DNA from: Minisyncoccia bacterium
Lineage (GTDB): Bacteria > Patescibacteriota > Minisyncoccia > Phycocordibacterales > UBA9973
Assembly: GCA_041737125.1 (NCBI GenBank)
Contig: JBGSSJ010000010.1
Span: 22,354-86,353, forward strand
DNA: 64,000 bases
Direction of reading: 5' to 3'
The notes beneath the pieces are model-generated. The model saw nothing but the letters and a program-made list of their open reading frames with translations, did not search any database and had not been told where the DNA came from. Made by a program: the position numbers and the translations under genes. Numbering within the stretch: the first letter of the stretch is position 1; each line of letters begins with the position of its first letter. Positions 18,915-29,186 of the stretch are shown here, piece by piece.

Positions 18915-20663
18915 TTATATTATATCAACAATTTTAAGTCTTAGCTCTGTTCGGCCAGCAAAGGTACTTTTGTCGAAGTTCGCAATTAGATTGATCCTCT
19001 CCCCTGCTGTCAAAGTCCTCCCTAGGAAGCTATCACTTGTCTTAAAGAATGCAATTGCTTTCACAAGTCTACCTTTACTATCTGTGAACATAAGCTCCAA
19101 GTGATTCTTCTCTTTACCGAATTCTCTTACTTCTGTGATAGCTACATCTTTGAAGATAAAAGTGGGCTTCGGATTACCCATACCATACGGAGCAAGCTTC
19201 TCTATCACAGAGTAGCTCCCAGAAGTTACATCCTCAAGTCCAATAGATGCATCTATGTGGTGATCTATAATACTTTCTTTCACACCTGCCTGTCCGGTAG
19301 GCAGGTCTTTAATACCATCAAATACAGTCAGCAACCTCTCCTCTAGAAAGTGCACTTCTTCATGTGATATAGAGAATCCACCAGCCATAGTATGCCCACC
19401 AAAGTTAAGCAAGCTATTTGTAGGCAAGCTTGTCATAAGCTCTACAAGATTCACATCGCCATATGAGCGACATGATCCACGAATAACTTCGCTCCCTTCA
19501 CTACCCCAGACGAAAGCAGGCCTCTTGTACTCTTCAGCAATTTTCGAAGCGACGAGCCCTAGTATTCCTACTCGCCAAGATGGATTACCTATCACTATCA
19601 ATGGCTTCTCTTCCCTCTTACCGAGAGTCTTCTTCACATCTTTCATGATGTGCATTACTATCTTCTTCCTTTCGTCATTTATCTTGGCTAAGTGATCCGC
19701 CAAAGTTTTTGCTTCGACTTCATTTGTCGTAGCAAGCACTTCGAATGCATCCATGGGGTTCCCCATGCGTGAGGCAGCGTTGAGCCTTGGTGCTAGAGTA
19801 AAAGTAATATCTTCTTCATTTAATTTATCTACATTCACCCCTGCTTTATAGAAGAGCTCAGCGAGCCCTGGCCTACGACCCTTCTGCAAGACTTTCAATC
19901 CATAGTATGCGAGTACTCTATTCTCCCCTACAAGTGGTACTTGGTCAGCAAGTGTAGCAAGCCCTGCCATATCGAGGAGCCACTTCTCCCACCCACTATT
20001 TATCTTCCAGTATTCTCCGTACTTTTTCACTAATGCTTGCACGAGCTTGAAAGCTATACCTGCTCCGCAAAGATTCTTATCTGGATAAGTACAACCTTCT
20101 TGCTTCGGATTTATAATTGCGAAAGACCGAGGTACTTCGGCTTGCGGTAAGTGGTGATCAGTAATAATGACATCTATACCGGCACTTTGTGCTTTCGCGA
20201 CTTCCACCACAGCGGTAATACCTAGGTCAAAAGTAATGATGAGCTTCACTCCATCATTTATAAATACATCTATCGCGTCAATATGGAGTCCATAGCCTTC
20301 GTCGTGGCGATCTGGAATATACACCCGCACACCATAAGAGGGTGATGCGCTTTGCGCGTTATTTAAAACTTCACCCTCTTTGGTGTGCGGGTAAACAGAA
20401 ACAGGGTACCCTATCTTCGTGAAGAAGTCATGCATAATAACCGCAGCTGGAATACCGTCGCAGTCATAATCGCTATAGATAACAATCTTCTCTTTCGCTT
20501 CAATTGCCTCAAATATCCGTACGCAAGCACGCTCCATGTCTTTCAGTAAGAATGGGTCGTGTATATGGTCCTCATATGAAGGGTTTAAAAACTTATCTTG
20601 GTCTTCTAGTTTTATACCTCTATTCTTAAGGAGTAATTCCAATAGTTCTACATGATTCGGCAT
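18915..20663 (-). CDS. recJ: Single-stranded-DNA-specific exonuclease RecJ (DHH / DHHA1)
   Basis: IVIYSDYDCDGIPAA, DHH motif ITDHHLP, GGHTMAGGFS (DHHA1); start set at MPNHVELL (20663). The ORF-finder start at 20738 would overlap the divergent gene. Confidence 0.85.
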   Translation of the reverse strand: MPNHVELLELLLKNRGIKLEDQDKFLNPSYEDHIHDPFLLKDMERACVRIFEAIEAKEKIVIYSDYDCDGIPAAVIMHDFFTKIGYPVSVYPHTKEGEVLNNAQSASPSYGVRVYIPDRHDEGYGLHIDAIDVFINDGVKLIITFDLGITAVVEVAKAQSAGIDVIITDHHLPQAEVPRSFAIINPKQEGCTYPDKNLCGAGIAFKLVQALVKKYGEYWKINSGWEKWLLDMAGLATLADQVPLVGENRVLAYYGLKVLQKGRRPGLAELFYKAGVNVDKLNEEDITFTLAPRLNAASRMGNPMDAFEVLATTNEVEAKTLADHLAKINDERKKIVMHIMKDVKKTLGKREEKPLIVIGNPSWRVGILGLVASKIAEEYKRPAFVWGSEGSEVIRGSCRSYGDVNLVELMTSLPTNSLLNFGGHTMAGGFSISHEEVHFLEERLLTVFDGIKDLPTGQAGVKESIIDHHIDASIGLEDVTSGSYSVIEKLAPYGMGNPKPTFIFKDVAITEVREFGKEKNHLELMFTDSKGRLVKAIAFFKTSDSFLGRTLTAGERINLIANFDKSTFAGRTELRLKIVDII

Positions 20664-20736
20664 TTTATGATTGTAACATAAAAGTCGTTTGACTTTGTAG
20701 CTCAAAGTAGTAATGTTAAAAATAAAACTAATTCCC

Positions 20737-21480
20737 ATGAAAAAACTAATTATTTTAGTAATGGTGATAGTTATCGCCCTTACTACCCAAGGCCAAGACA
20801 GCCTAAAATGTCCTCGGTATGTTTGCGTTGAACCTGCGGCTAGACCCGGCTCTATAGAAGAGCTGTGGGAGAAAGAAATGGTTCGTTACATGAAAATCAT
20901 TGTGGATAAATTCGGACTCCCCTTTGATAGCACATGGCAACCCAGGGTTTCTTTCGTAGAGACTCAGTATTATGCAGCTCAATACAATCAGGTTTCTAAA
21001 TCTTTTACAATCACAAAATGGTACAGGCCAGTTCTTCCCAGGGATTCCGGTAGCAACTTTGTCGCCAATCTTGTGAGCCATGAACTTGGCAACGCATTAG
21101 CTGAGCAAAGAGCTTACAGTAAATTCTGCAAAATGTGGCCAGATACTATGGTGTGGAAGTATGGCTCAGAGAGGCAAAGGTTTGCACAGAAAATTTTGTC
21201 AGAAGGTGTGGCAGAATACTTCGGATATCTTGTTACGGGTGGTCTTAAAACTGATTCCTTATATAGACACCTACCAAACAAGGAAAGAAATTGTGTTTGG
21301 AATCCAAGTTTGTGGATGTACAACGGTGGATATTGGACAGTCAAACCCATCCTTGATACGTTTGGTATCCGGGGATTGGATTACATAATTCGAAATACGA
21401 AATTCCCTGGCATAGATTACAATTTAAGAAAGTGGGCTAAAAAATATCAAGAAAAAGCCTTCAAAGAGCTTTCCCAATAG
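20737..21480 (+). CDS. Hypothetical secreted protein (signal peptide; HELGN motif)
   Basis: MKKLIILVMVIVIALTTQGQ signal peptide; no family recognised. Confidence 0.5.
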   Translation: MKKLIILVMVIVIALTTQGQDSLKCPRYVCVEPAARPGSIEELWEKEMVRYMKIIVDKFGLPFDSTWQPRVSFVETQYYAAQYNQVSKSFTITKWYRPVLPRDSGSNFVANLVSHELGNALAEQRAYSKFCKMWPDTMVWKYGSERQRFAQKILSEGVAEYFGYLVTGGLKTDSLYRHLPNKERNCVWNPSLWMYNGGYWTVKPILDTFGIRGLDYIIRNTKFPGIDYNLRKWAKKYQEKAFKELSQ

Positions 21481-21510
21481 GCATTAATTCGAAAGAGTTA
21501 GTGTCTATTT

Positions 21511-22137
21511 TTAATTAATCTTAAAAAATGAAAACTCATAGTCAGCAGTTGAATTACTGAATGCTTCTGTTGGCCAACCTTCAACACTAACAATTATCTG
21601 AGTATCTCCAATAAAAGTACTGTAAATCCTATACTCGCAAGAATCTCCTATGCATGATTCATTTGAAACAAACCAGTTTCGGCCATTAAACTGTTTTGTG
21701 TTATCTGAGTTAAAATCATTTCTATTAAATAAATCTTTTTGTTTGTAGTATAAATCCAATTCTGTTTCAGGAGAGGGTCCACCATCAGGATACTCCAAAC
21801 ATTCTCCAGTACAATTCTTTACCCAATCCTTTAAGGTCTCCTCGTTTAGAAAAACAATACGATTAAGGTAAGGTGGTTTAATATAATCTTTTTTAGATAT
21901 TTGTTTAAATCCATAAGCTGGTATTGTATTACCATCCCAGTAACCCGATTTTTCTAAAACATATTGCTTTTTTACTTCAATAGAAAAACCTGTTTCAGGT
22001 ATTTGAATTATATGGGTATTGGTGTCCGTTTTTTCTGGTTCAAATTTAACAACTTCTATTTCTTTTTGATTACCATAAATTAGAAGAATTCCTGAAAGAA
22101 TAATTGCAATAAAAATTATAATAAGATTTTTATTCAT
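21511..22137 (-). CDS. Hypothetical membrane-anchored / secreted protein
   Basis: N-terminal hydrophobic segment MNKNLIIIFIAIILSGILLIY; 6 Cys in the extracytoplasmic part. Confidence 0.45.
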   Translation of the reverse strand: MNKNLIIIFIAIILSGILLIYGNQKEIEVVKFEPEKTDTNTHIIQIPETGFSIEVKKQYVLEKSGYWDGNTIPAYGFKQISKKDYIKPPYLNRIVFLNEETLKDWVKNCTGECLEYPDGGPSPETELDLYYKQKDLFNRNDFNSDNTKQFNGRNWFVSNESCIGDSCEYRIYSTFIGDTQIIVSVEGWPTEAFSNSTADYEFSFFKIN

Positions 22138-22151
22138 AAATAAATGATATT

Positions 22152-23273
22152 TTATTTCAAAGCTTTAATTCCTGGCAAGGTGCCTTTGGCGAGGAAGTCG
22201 AGGGTTGCTCCGCCGCCGGTGGAGACAAATCCTAGCTTGCTCTCGAGTTTGAGTTTAGAGACTATCGCTACTGTATCCCCTCCTCCTATCACACTCTTTG
22301 CTTTTGCTTTTGATATTATTCGTAGTAATGCTTCTGTTGTGCCACCGAACCCTGTCTCGTATTTACCGAGTGGTCCATTCCATAATATAAACTTTGCTTT
22401 CGATATTAGGTCACTTAGCATCTCTATAGACTTCGGGCCTACATCAAGTATGGCTTCATCTACTGCTACATCATCAGGCTTCGTAATACGGCGTTTACTA
22501 CCTTTCGCAACTTCTACATCTGTCGGTAGGACTAAGTTCTTGTGCTTGAGGAGTGAAGTAATCTGAAAGTCAGTATTATCGACAAGTGATGTACCCACCT
22601 GGTAGCCACGAGCTCGGAAGAAGTCGTTGGCAAGTGCACCGCCCACGAACACATGGTCGGCGTCGCGGAGGAACTTCTTGATCAGAGGAATCTTAGTATC
22701 AAATTTCGCCCCACCTAGGATGAATAGGAATGGATGTTCAGGTTCGAATGCAGAGGACAGGTGATCCACTTCTTCTATGAGCTGGAATCCTGTATAGCCT
22801 TCCAAGTGCTTCGTAATACCTACAACAGACGCATGCTGTCTGTGGGACACAGAGAAAGCATCATTCACATATATATCACCATAACGAGATAGTGCTCGGG
22901 CAAATGATGGAGAGTTGTTCTTCTCTCCTGTTTCTGTGCGCAAATTCTCGAGCATTATCACATCACCCTTTTTGGCATTTTTAATTAAATTCTCTGTCTC
23001 ATCCGAGAAGATTGAGTTATGAGAAAATATTGCTCTCGGTTCTAGCTTCTTGAGCTTGTCGAAAACTGGCTTCAAGCTTTGCTTCCCGTCCTCACCAATA
23101 TGTGCGAGTAGTACTACTATCGCTCCCTTTTTCTGTAAATAAGATATGGTCGGTATCGCTTTCTTTATACGGAAATCATCTACGACTTTGCCGTCTACCA
23201 TTGGTACATTAAAATCAACTCGGACGAGTACTCGCTTGCCGGACACACCCTCAATCTCTTTTATGGATTTCAT
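22152..23273 (-). CDS. pgk: Phosphoglycerate kinase
   Basis: KRVLVRVDFNVP..., GGGAKFDTKIPLI, GGGDTVA. Confidence 0.95.
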   Translation of the reverse strand: MKSIKEIEGVSGKRVLVRVDFNVPMVDGKVVDDFRIKKAIPTISYLQKKGAIVVLLAHIGEDGKQSLKPVFDKLKKLEPRAIFSHNSIFSDETENLIKNAKKGDVIMLENLRTETGEKNNSPSFARALSRYGDIYVNDAFSVSHRQHASVVGITKHLEGYTGFQLIEEVDHLSSAFEPEHPFLFILGGAKFDTKIPLIKKFLRDADHVFVGGALANDFFRARGYQVGTSLVDNTDFQITSLLKHKNLVLPTDVEVAKGSKRRITKPDDVAVDEAILDVGPKSIEMLSDLISKAKFILWNGPLGKYETGFGGTTEALLRIISKAKAKSVIGGGDTVAIVSKLKLESKLGFVSTGGGATLDFLAKGTLPGIKALK

Positions 23274-23277
23274 ATAA

Positions 23278-24027
23278 TTATGCGGACTTTATTATTAATT
23301 CGAACTTTTTAGGAACCAAGCTGTCGCGACCAATAAGGAAGCCATCTGCCCCACCATGGTGAAGGAAAGCACTTGCATTCTTTGGATTGACTGACCCACC
23401 GTAGAGTATAGCCATATTGTGAGCAATATTTGCACTATAAATGTCGGAAATAATTTTCCTGATGAAGATTTTTACTTCTATGAATTCCTCTGCTGTGGCT
23501 TCACGCACACTTTCCTTACCTATAGCCCAGATAGGCTCATAAGCGATGACGATATTCTTTACTTGAGATTTCGATATATTTGCGAAAGCTTGATGTAATT
23601 GATTCTTGATAAATGATAGATAATCTCCGCCACTATCACGCACATGTTCCCCTACACATACAATGGGAAACATTTTATTTTTTAAAATATTTAAAATTTT
23701 CTTATTTACTATCGCATCTGTATTACCTATTTTCCTCCTCTCTGAGTGACCTACTATCACATATGATGCACCCAGGCTTTTAAGCATGCTTGCCCCCACT
23801 TCGCCTGTGTGTGAACCTGAGTCTTCTATAGATACATCTTGCGCACCAAGAATAACTCTCTTTGTTTTGTATTTAGAATGAATGGAGAGATATGGATGAG
23901 GTGGACAAACTACAATAGATGCATTTTTTGATGAATCAATCTTGATTAATGATTTAAAAAGAATTTCCGCTTCTTTTACAGATTGCGGATTCATTTTCCA
24001 GTTGCCAACGATGAGCTTTTTTGCCAT
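23278..24027 (-). CDS. tpiA: Triosephosphate isomerase
   Basis: KLIVGNWKMN, VGHSERR, AYEPIWAIGKE, YGGSV; start at MAKKLIVGNWKMN (24027). Confidence 0.9.
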   Translation of the reverse strand: MAKKLIVGNWKMNPQSVKEAEILFKSLIKIDSSKNASIVVCPPHPYLSIHSKYKTKRVILGAQDVSIEDSGSHTGEVGASMLKSLGASYVIVGHSERRKIGNTDAIVNKKILNILKNKMFPIVCVGEHVRDSGGDYLSFIKNQLHQAFANISKSQVKNIVIAYEPIWAIGKESVREATAEEFIEVKIFIRKIISDIYSANIAHNMAILYGGSVNPKNASAFLHHGGADGFLIGRDSLVPKKFELIIKSA

Positions 24028-24047
24028 GGGTATATTATACCATAAAA

Positions 24048-25535
24048 TTACTCTATTTCTTCCCATGAAATAGTTGTGTATTTATCAGAGGTTAGAGGGA
24101 AAGATGGAGGCGGGCCATAGAGAAGATTGGCATCGTAAGTAATAATACGATCATCATATCCAGTACCATTCACATAAGCAAAACCATATCTTTGATTTGT
24201 CCCTATCATACCGTATAGAGTTATTGAATTCCTTGTATGATATGGACTGCATGAACTAGTATAATAATGTCTACCTACCCTACCATTGTTTGCCATCAAC
24301 GCTGCATCAATTTTCAAATCGGTATCACTTACCATGCCGACAGTTATATTATTCTGAGCTATTAACCCCACAACATCTCGTCCATCATAGTTCGTATAAG
24401 TTAGATCATTATTTACAATTATATTTTTCCTCTGGTTAGGGTTGTCTGGGAATTTACCTGCGGCAATAGTTAACCTAGCAGTATTTATCGCGCCATCTAC
24501 CCACACATTGTCTTCTACGAATATAAGCCCATTTGCAGGGTTGGCATAATTCCCTATAAATGTTTGCCCGTTCGAAGCTCTTATACTCCATGTACCCCAG
24601 TCTGCCTCTCCAGAACTCGTGTTACTGCAATTGTTACTTGCAGATGCTAAATTCGTAACCTTATATACATCATATGTGTCATTGTTTTTCAAAACAATAT
24701 GATAACCGGGAGAACTACCTCCGGCAGGAGCTAAATACTTGCCGCCTGATTGAGCGTTTGATTTTATTAATGACAGATCATTAGTTATACCTATGAAATC
24801 TGACTGAGGAACTGGGAACTGTCTTCCTACTTTAAAAACATCAATGCGATTAGGTACAGGATTGGTAGGAGGAGCTTCGAGCGCCCTGAAAGAATCATTC
24901 ACACCACCACCCGGATTATTCACATGAGTATGAACTCCGAATTCATTGTTCCCTGTATGGTCAGGGTCATTGAAAGTAGCAACTGTGCTCGTGACTAAAT
25001 TATGGGCAATACCATCAAATCTTATACCATTATTCGAATGAATTGGACCGAAAACTTCTGTTCCATCACCAAATCTCATAAAGTCGTTGGCAACAACTGC
25101 GAATTTCGCAAATGATGGTATGGCAAGCTTTGTTTGAACAGCTCTTTTTATGGATGGAGAGCTAGTAACACGTCCTTCTGACTTGATAGTTACTAAAGTA
25201 GAGCCAACTATCGGAGGAGTAATAGTGAGAGTGAATGTCCCTATAACATTCCCATCCTTATCATGAAAGTCATGAACATAGGGGCCGGGCTGTCCTGTCC
25301 CATCTTGGAAGTCACTCTGATTGTGAGCTAGATGCCAGCGATAATAATCAATTCCCGCTTCTGCTATTTGGAAGGCTTGTTCTTTATATAAAGCATTCTG
25401 AGTAATTCTAATACTCCCTGAAACCCAAGTAATAAAAAATGTTACAAGGGATATAGCCAAGAAAGCGAAGACGAGTACATTCATAAGAATAACTCCTCTG
25501 TTTTTTTTATTAAAATTGTACTTTTTATTTATCAT
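24048..25535 (-). CDS. Type IV pilus-associated large protein, PilX-like N-terminus (putative minor pilin / tip protein)
   Basis: N-terminal RGVILMNVLVFAFLAISLV hydrophobic helix resembling PilX_N; 495 aa, Gly/Asn-rich; sits in the pilin operon. Start overlaps the stop of the upstream pilin. Confidence 0.5.
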   Translation of the reverse strand: MINKKYNFNKKNRGVILMNVLVFAFLAISLVTFFITWVSGSIRITQNALYKEQAFQIAEAGIDYYRWHLAHNQSDFQDGTGQPGPYVHDFHDKDGNVIGTFTLTITPPIVGSTLVTIKSEGRVTSSPSIKRAVQTKLAIPSFAKFAVVANDFMRFGDGTEVFGPIHSNNGIRFDGIAHNLVTSTVATFNDPDHTGNNEFGVHTHVNNPGGGVNDSFRALEAPPTNPVPNRIDVFKVGRQFPVPQSDFIGITNDLSLIKSNAQSGGKYLAPAGGSSPGYHIVLKNNDTYDVYKVTNLASASNNCSNTSSGEADWGTWSIRASNGQTFIGNYANPANGLIFVEDNVWVDGAINTARLTIAAGKFPDNPNQRKNIIVNNDLTYTNYDGRDVVGLIAQNNITVGMVSDTDLKIDAALMANNGRVGRHYYTSSCSPYHTRNSITLYGMIGTNQRYGFAYVNGTGYDDRIITYDANLLYGPPPSFPLTSDKYTTISWEEIE

Positions 25536-26146
25536 AAATTATCTTTCAAGTTACGAATACTAACTTGGGTTGTTACAACTATAGGTGCGGGTGGTCTATT
25601 AGGATCAATATCAATCATAATATTTATTTTCACCAGTCGGACTTCAAGTATGGAAACAGGCTGAACTAATGGGTTACCACTACCTGAATAATTAGAATTA
25701 TAATATGTAAATATAGGAGTTGCTCCATTACTAACACCAGTTATAATGTTTGTAATGACTTCACTTCCAGAAACATATTGGAGAGGACTACCTGTCGGCT
25801 TGATTACACCTTTTTTAAGAATATTCCCATCCAAGAAATACCTAATTCTCTCCTTATTGCCATTATTATCAATATCAGAATAAAATATAAATTCATTCAC
25901 ATCTGCTTTCTCTATTGCATATGAACCGAGAGATGATGGTGATGCTGACCTAATCTCGGAAGTCATAGGCGAGAGAACTTTTCTTGCTTCATCATAAGAA
26001 GTAAGACCTTTCGAGAATACACTATCATAATAATATACGTCGCGAGCAAAGCTCATTACTATAAGGGCCACTATAGAGAAGACTGCTACAGTAACGAGCA
26101 TTTCTATAAGTGTAAAGCCTTTATTTTTTATTCTTATATGATTCAT
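25532..26146 (-). CDS. Prepilin-type N-terminal cleavage/methylation domain protein (minor pilin)
   Basis: KGFTLIEMLVTVAVFSIVALIV class III signal (G|FTLIE with Glu+5). Confidence 0.8.
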   Translation of the reverse strand: MNHIRIKNKGFTLIEMLVTVAVFSIVALIVMSFARDVYYYDSVFSKGLTSYDEARKVLSPMTSEIRSASPSSLGSYAIEKADVNEFIFYSDIDNNGNKERIRYFLDGNILKKGVIKPTGSPLQYVSGSEVITNIITGVSNGATPIFTYYNSNYSGSGNPLVQPVSILEVRLVKINIMIDIDPNRPPAPIVVTTQVSIRNLKDNL

Positions 26147-26149
26147 AAA

Positions 26150-27940
26150 TTATGGTGTTATTGTAATTTCTTCTTTCGTCCAATTATTAGATATATCTAC
26201 CTGTCTTGAAGTACTCTGATAGGAATCCTTGTCTACGTCGATAGTATAGGAACCTGTACTAAGGTTTGAGAAAGAAACTTGTCCAGGAGGAATACAAGCA
26301 GAAGAGAAAGTGAAAGTAACATCAGACACGCTAGGGGTAAATCCTGTATCTTCAGTTGATAAATATAAACGATACCTAAAATACCTATCTCCATTATGAG
26401 ATGAGTTTATGTTCTGATCCACAGAAGTGTAGTAGCTCGCATTTGTACCGTCTGGCCCTACAAAATTCCATGTTAGGTTGTCATTATTAGTAGCAATCTG
26501 AGCCCTAACACTGTTTCCTCCAGTTTCTATTGGTTGGGTAATTTGATTCCAAATAATTTGTTTAAAATTACTTGGTGCTCCTATATCAAAAGTAGATGAA
26601 GTAATGTTCCCACCAGTATTATATGTACCGAAAACTTCACTCAAACGGAGCTCCCCCGCCACATCATCATCTATGCCACCACTTATAGATAGATACATAT
26701 TCGGATTCTCAAATAGTTCTTGCCCTCCGCCTTCAGACCAATCAGTCTGAGTAATGAATCCTTCGTTTGTGACGAGAACCTTAGAATAACTACTTGGACC
26801 AGTCACGGTGACAGTTGCATCGGTAATAGGTAAGCCTGTTGATTGGTCTCGAACCACCACGAGCAATCTTCTGCCATTTTTAGGCGCAGTTATTATCTCT
26901 AGATCTTGGTTCACATTTGGATTAACACCAAGAGAAAGCAGTGGATTAGTCCCAATTATATCGTTTACACTATCGATACCTGAAATCATATATGTATCCC
27001 ACTCTAAATCAGATATCGATAGCAAGCCTCCTCCTGAAGTACTTTTAGTCTTTGAATATTTAAATTTATCAGGACTTGTACCAATTAATTTATTCCCCGA
27101 AATACTAAAATCAAAATTAGGAGTCGCTACACACTGGCTATTTATACTAGATACATTTACTGTACTAAGCTCATCAATAGTAAAAGAAATTTGTGTTATC
27201 TGCTGTACCACAACTGTGACATTGGGTTTTATAGGGTTTGGATTCTCTGCTTCTCCTATCGGATAAGTCTCTTCTGTTGAGTATCCATCTTTACTTACTA
27301 TTATTTTATATCCATCAACCGAAGGAGGAGCATCGACTATCGTCAATACACCATTTATATCAGTAACATCATTTAAATTTATATTGGGGTTAATACTTGT
27401 GTTTATTATATTCACATCGGCTCCGGCCACAGGCAAGCCTGAAGCATTAAAAACTCTTACAATTAGAGCTCCATTGGTCGAAGCAGTTTCCAAATTCTTG
27501 GGGCCAACTTTGGTCGTAAATGAAATTGGAGTGGTCCCCTCTCCACAATATTCGCAAGAAATATTTAATTCTATTAATTTCATATCCGCGGGGGATAAAT
27601 CTTTGGGAGATCCATTAAATGTACCATCAAAAGGATCGTCGTAATTCCTTATGGTCGTATTTAAGACGAAAGTTTTCCCATCACGCTCTAAGGGCTGAGT
27701 AGCAAGAATAGTACCTACTGGTATACCACTAACTAAACCGACATTTTGGTAAGGCATGTTGCGGATAATCTCAAATTGCTCGTTCGCAATATTCGTCATG
27801 ATAGTTTTCACTCTAACAACATTCATGGTTCTTAGAATCGTAGTAAAGCCCAAATATATACCCGATGCCATTGCCGTGAATACCGCAATGGCAATGAGGA
27901 CTTCAACTAATGTAAAACCTTTTTTGGGGTGATATCTCAT
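26150..27940 (-). CDS. Large prepilin-type protein (596 aa) with class III signal peptide
   Basis: KKGFTLVEVLIAIAVFTAMASGIYLGF N-terminus; large Thr/Ser/Asn-rich beta-rich body. Confidence 0.75.
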   Translation of the reverse strand: MRYHPKKGFTLVEVLIAIAVFTAMASGIYLGFTTILRTMNVVRVKTIMTNIANEQFEIIRNMPYQNVGLVSGIPVGTILATQPLERDGKTFVLNTTIRNYDDPFDGTFNGSPKDLSPADMKLIELNISCEYCGEGTTPISFTTKVGPKNLETASTNGALIVRVFNASGLPVAGADVNIINTSINPNINLNDVTDINGVLTIVDAPPSVDGYKIIVSKDGYSTEETYPIGEAENPNPIKPNVTVVVQQITQISFTIDELSTVNVSSINSQCVATPNFDFSISGNKLIGTSPDKFKYSKTKSTSGGGLLSISDLEWDTYMISGIDSVNDIIGTNPLLSLGVNPNVNQDLEIITAPKNGRRLLVVVRDQSTGLPITDATVTVTGPSSYSKVLVTNEGFITQTDWSEGGGQELFENPNMYLSISGGIDDDVAGELRLSEVFGTYNTGGNITSSTFDIGAPSNFKQIIWNQITQPIETGGNSVRAQIATNNDNLTWNFVGPDGTNASYYTSVDQNINSSHNGDRYFRYRLYLSTEDTGFTPSVSDVTFTFSSACIPPGQVSFSNLSTGSYTIDVDKDSYQSTSRQVDISNNWTKEEITITP

Positions 27941-27941
27941 A

Positions 27942-29159
27942 CTATTTAATATTACTCATAACTGAGTACATCGGTGTCATCATAGACACAGCGAAGAATC
28001 CCACCGCTCCCCCTATAAAAATCATAAGAACGGGTTCAATGATGGTGGATAAATCTTTAGTTTTACTATCGACCTCTCCCTCGTAGAAGTTCGCAATATC
28101 AAGTAGCATTTTCGACAGATTACCCGTCTCTTCCCCGACTTCTATCATCTCCCCCATCATTACTGGATACAACCTTTGATTCTCTTTGAAAGAAACAGAA
28201 AGAGGATCACCTTTCTCTATCCCTAGTCTTGCATTACCAATAACTTTTTTGTAGTAAAGATTCTGTAGCACGTCCTCGGTGATACCGAGAGCTTTCGATA
28301 AATCTGTACCGGAAGAAAGTAGAGATGAAAGTGTACGCGCAGTGCGAGCAGTATTCACTTCTTGGACAATATTCCCTATTACAGGTATACGTATAATAAG
28401 ATAATCAAAATATTTCTGAGTTACTTTTGATCTTGCAAAGAACATAAAACCACCGATAATAAAAGCAAATGATCCTAAAAATAGTACAGTGTAATCAGTT
28501 ATTACATTTGAAAGCCAAATTACAAACTGTGTAGATGCTGGCAACTTTTGACCCAAGTTTTCAAAAGTTTTCACCAACGTAGGAACCACGAACATCATCA
28601 TAAGAACCCCAATTAGAAATATGGCAATCAAGATAATAGTTGGGTACATCATCGCCCCTTTGATTTTCTTGTTTAGATCGTAGGACTTCTTCAGGGTCAT
28701 ACCTATTTCCGAAAGCACTTTAGGTAAGCCACCGGAACCTTCGCCAGACTTAACCATAGAAATAAAAAGTGGTGAGAATACTTTCGGGAACTTCTTCATG
28801 CCATCTGAAAGAGTATTACCTTTATTCACATCTTCTATCAAGCTAGCTAGAACTTTATTAAAGGCTGGATTTTTAGTTTGCTTTTCTAGGACTTCAAGTG
28901 ACCGTGTAAGAGAGAGTCCTGCGGAGAGCATCCCACTTAAGTTGTTCGTAAAGACCATCTTCTCAGATAATGACACACTACTGAAAATCTCTAACTTCCC
29001 TCCTAAGGAAAAACCAACTTTATCCTTTACTTCTACTACATTAAGAGGCAGGAACCCTTGAGCACGTAATTCAGAAGCAAGAACAAATTTATCTGGTGAT
29101 TCTTTAATACCTTCTTCTATAGAACCATCCTTTTTTTGTATTTTATATTTAAATTTCAT
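27942..29159 (-). CDS. pilC: Type IV pilus assembly platform protein PilC (GspF family)
   Basis: Two T2SSF repeats, 3 TM; typical length of 405 aa. Confidence 0.9.
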   Translation of the reverse strand: MKFKYKIQKKDGSIEEGIKESPDKFVLASELRAQGFLPLNVVEVKDKVGFSLGGKLEIFSSVSLSEKMVFTNNLSGMLSAGLSLTRSLEVLEKQTKNPAFNKVLASLIEDVNKGNTLSDGMKKFPKVFSPLFISMVKSGEGSGGLPKVLSEIGMTLKKSYDLNKKIKGAMMYPTIILIAIFLIGVLMMMFVVPTLVKTFENLGQKLPASTQFVIWLSNVITDYTVLFLGSFAFIIGGFMFFARSKVTQKYFDYLIIRIPVIGNIVQEVNTARTARTLSSLLSSGTDLSKALGITEDVLQNLYYKKVIGNARLGIEKGDPLSVSFKENQRLYPVMMGEMIEVGEETGNLSKMLLDIANFYEGEVDSKTKDLSTIIEPVLMIFIGGAVGFFAVSMMTPMYSVMSNIK

Positions 29160-29186
29160 CCTGTTTGAAGTTATAAATGTTACATT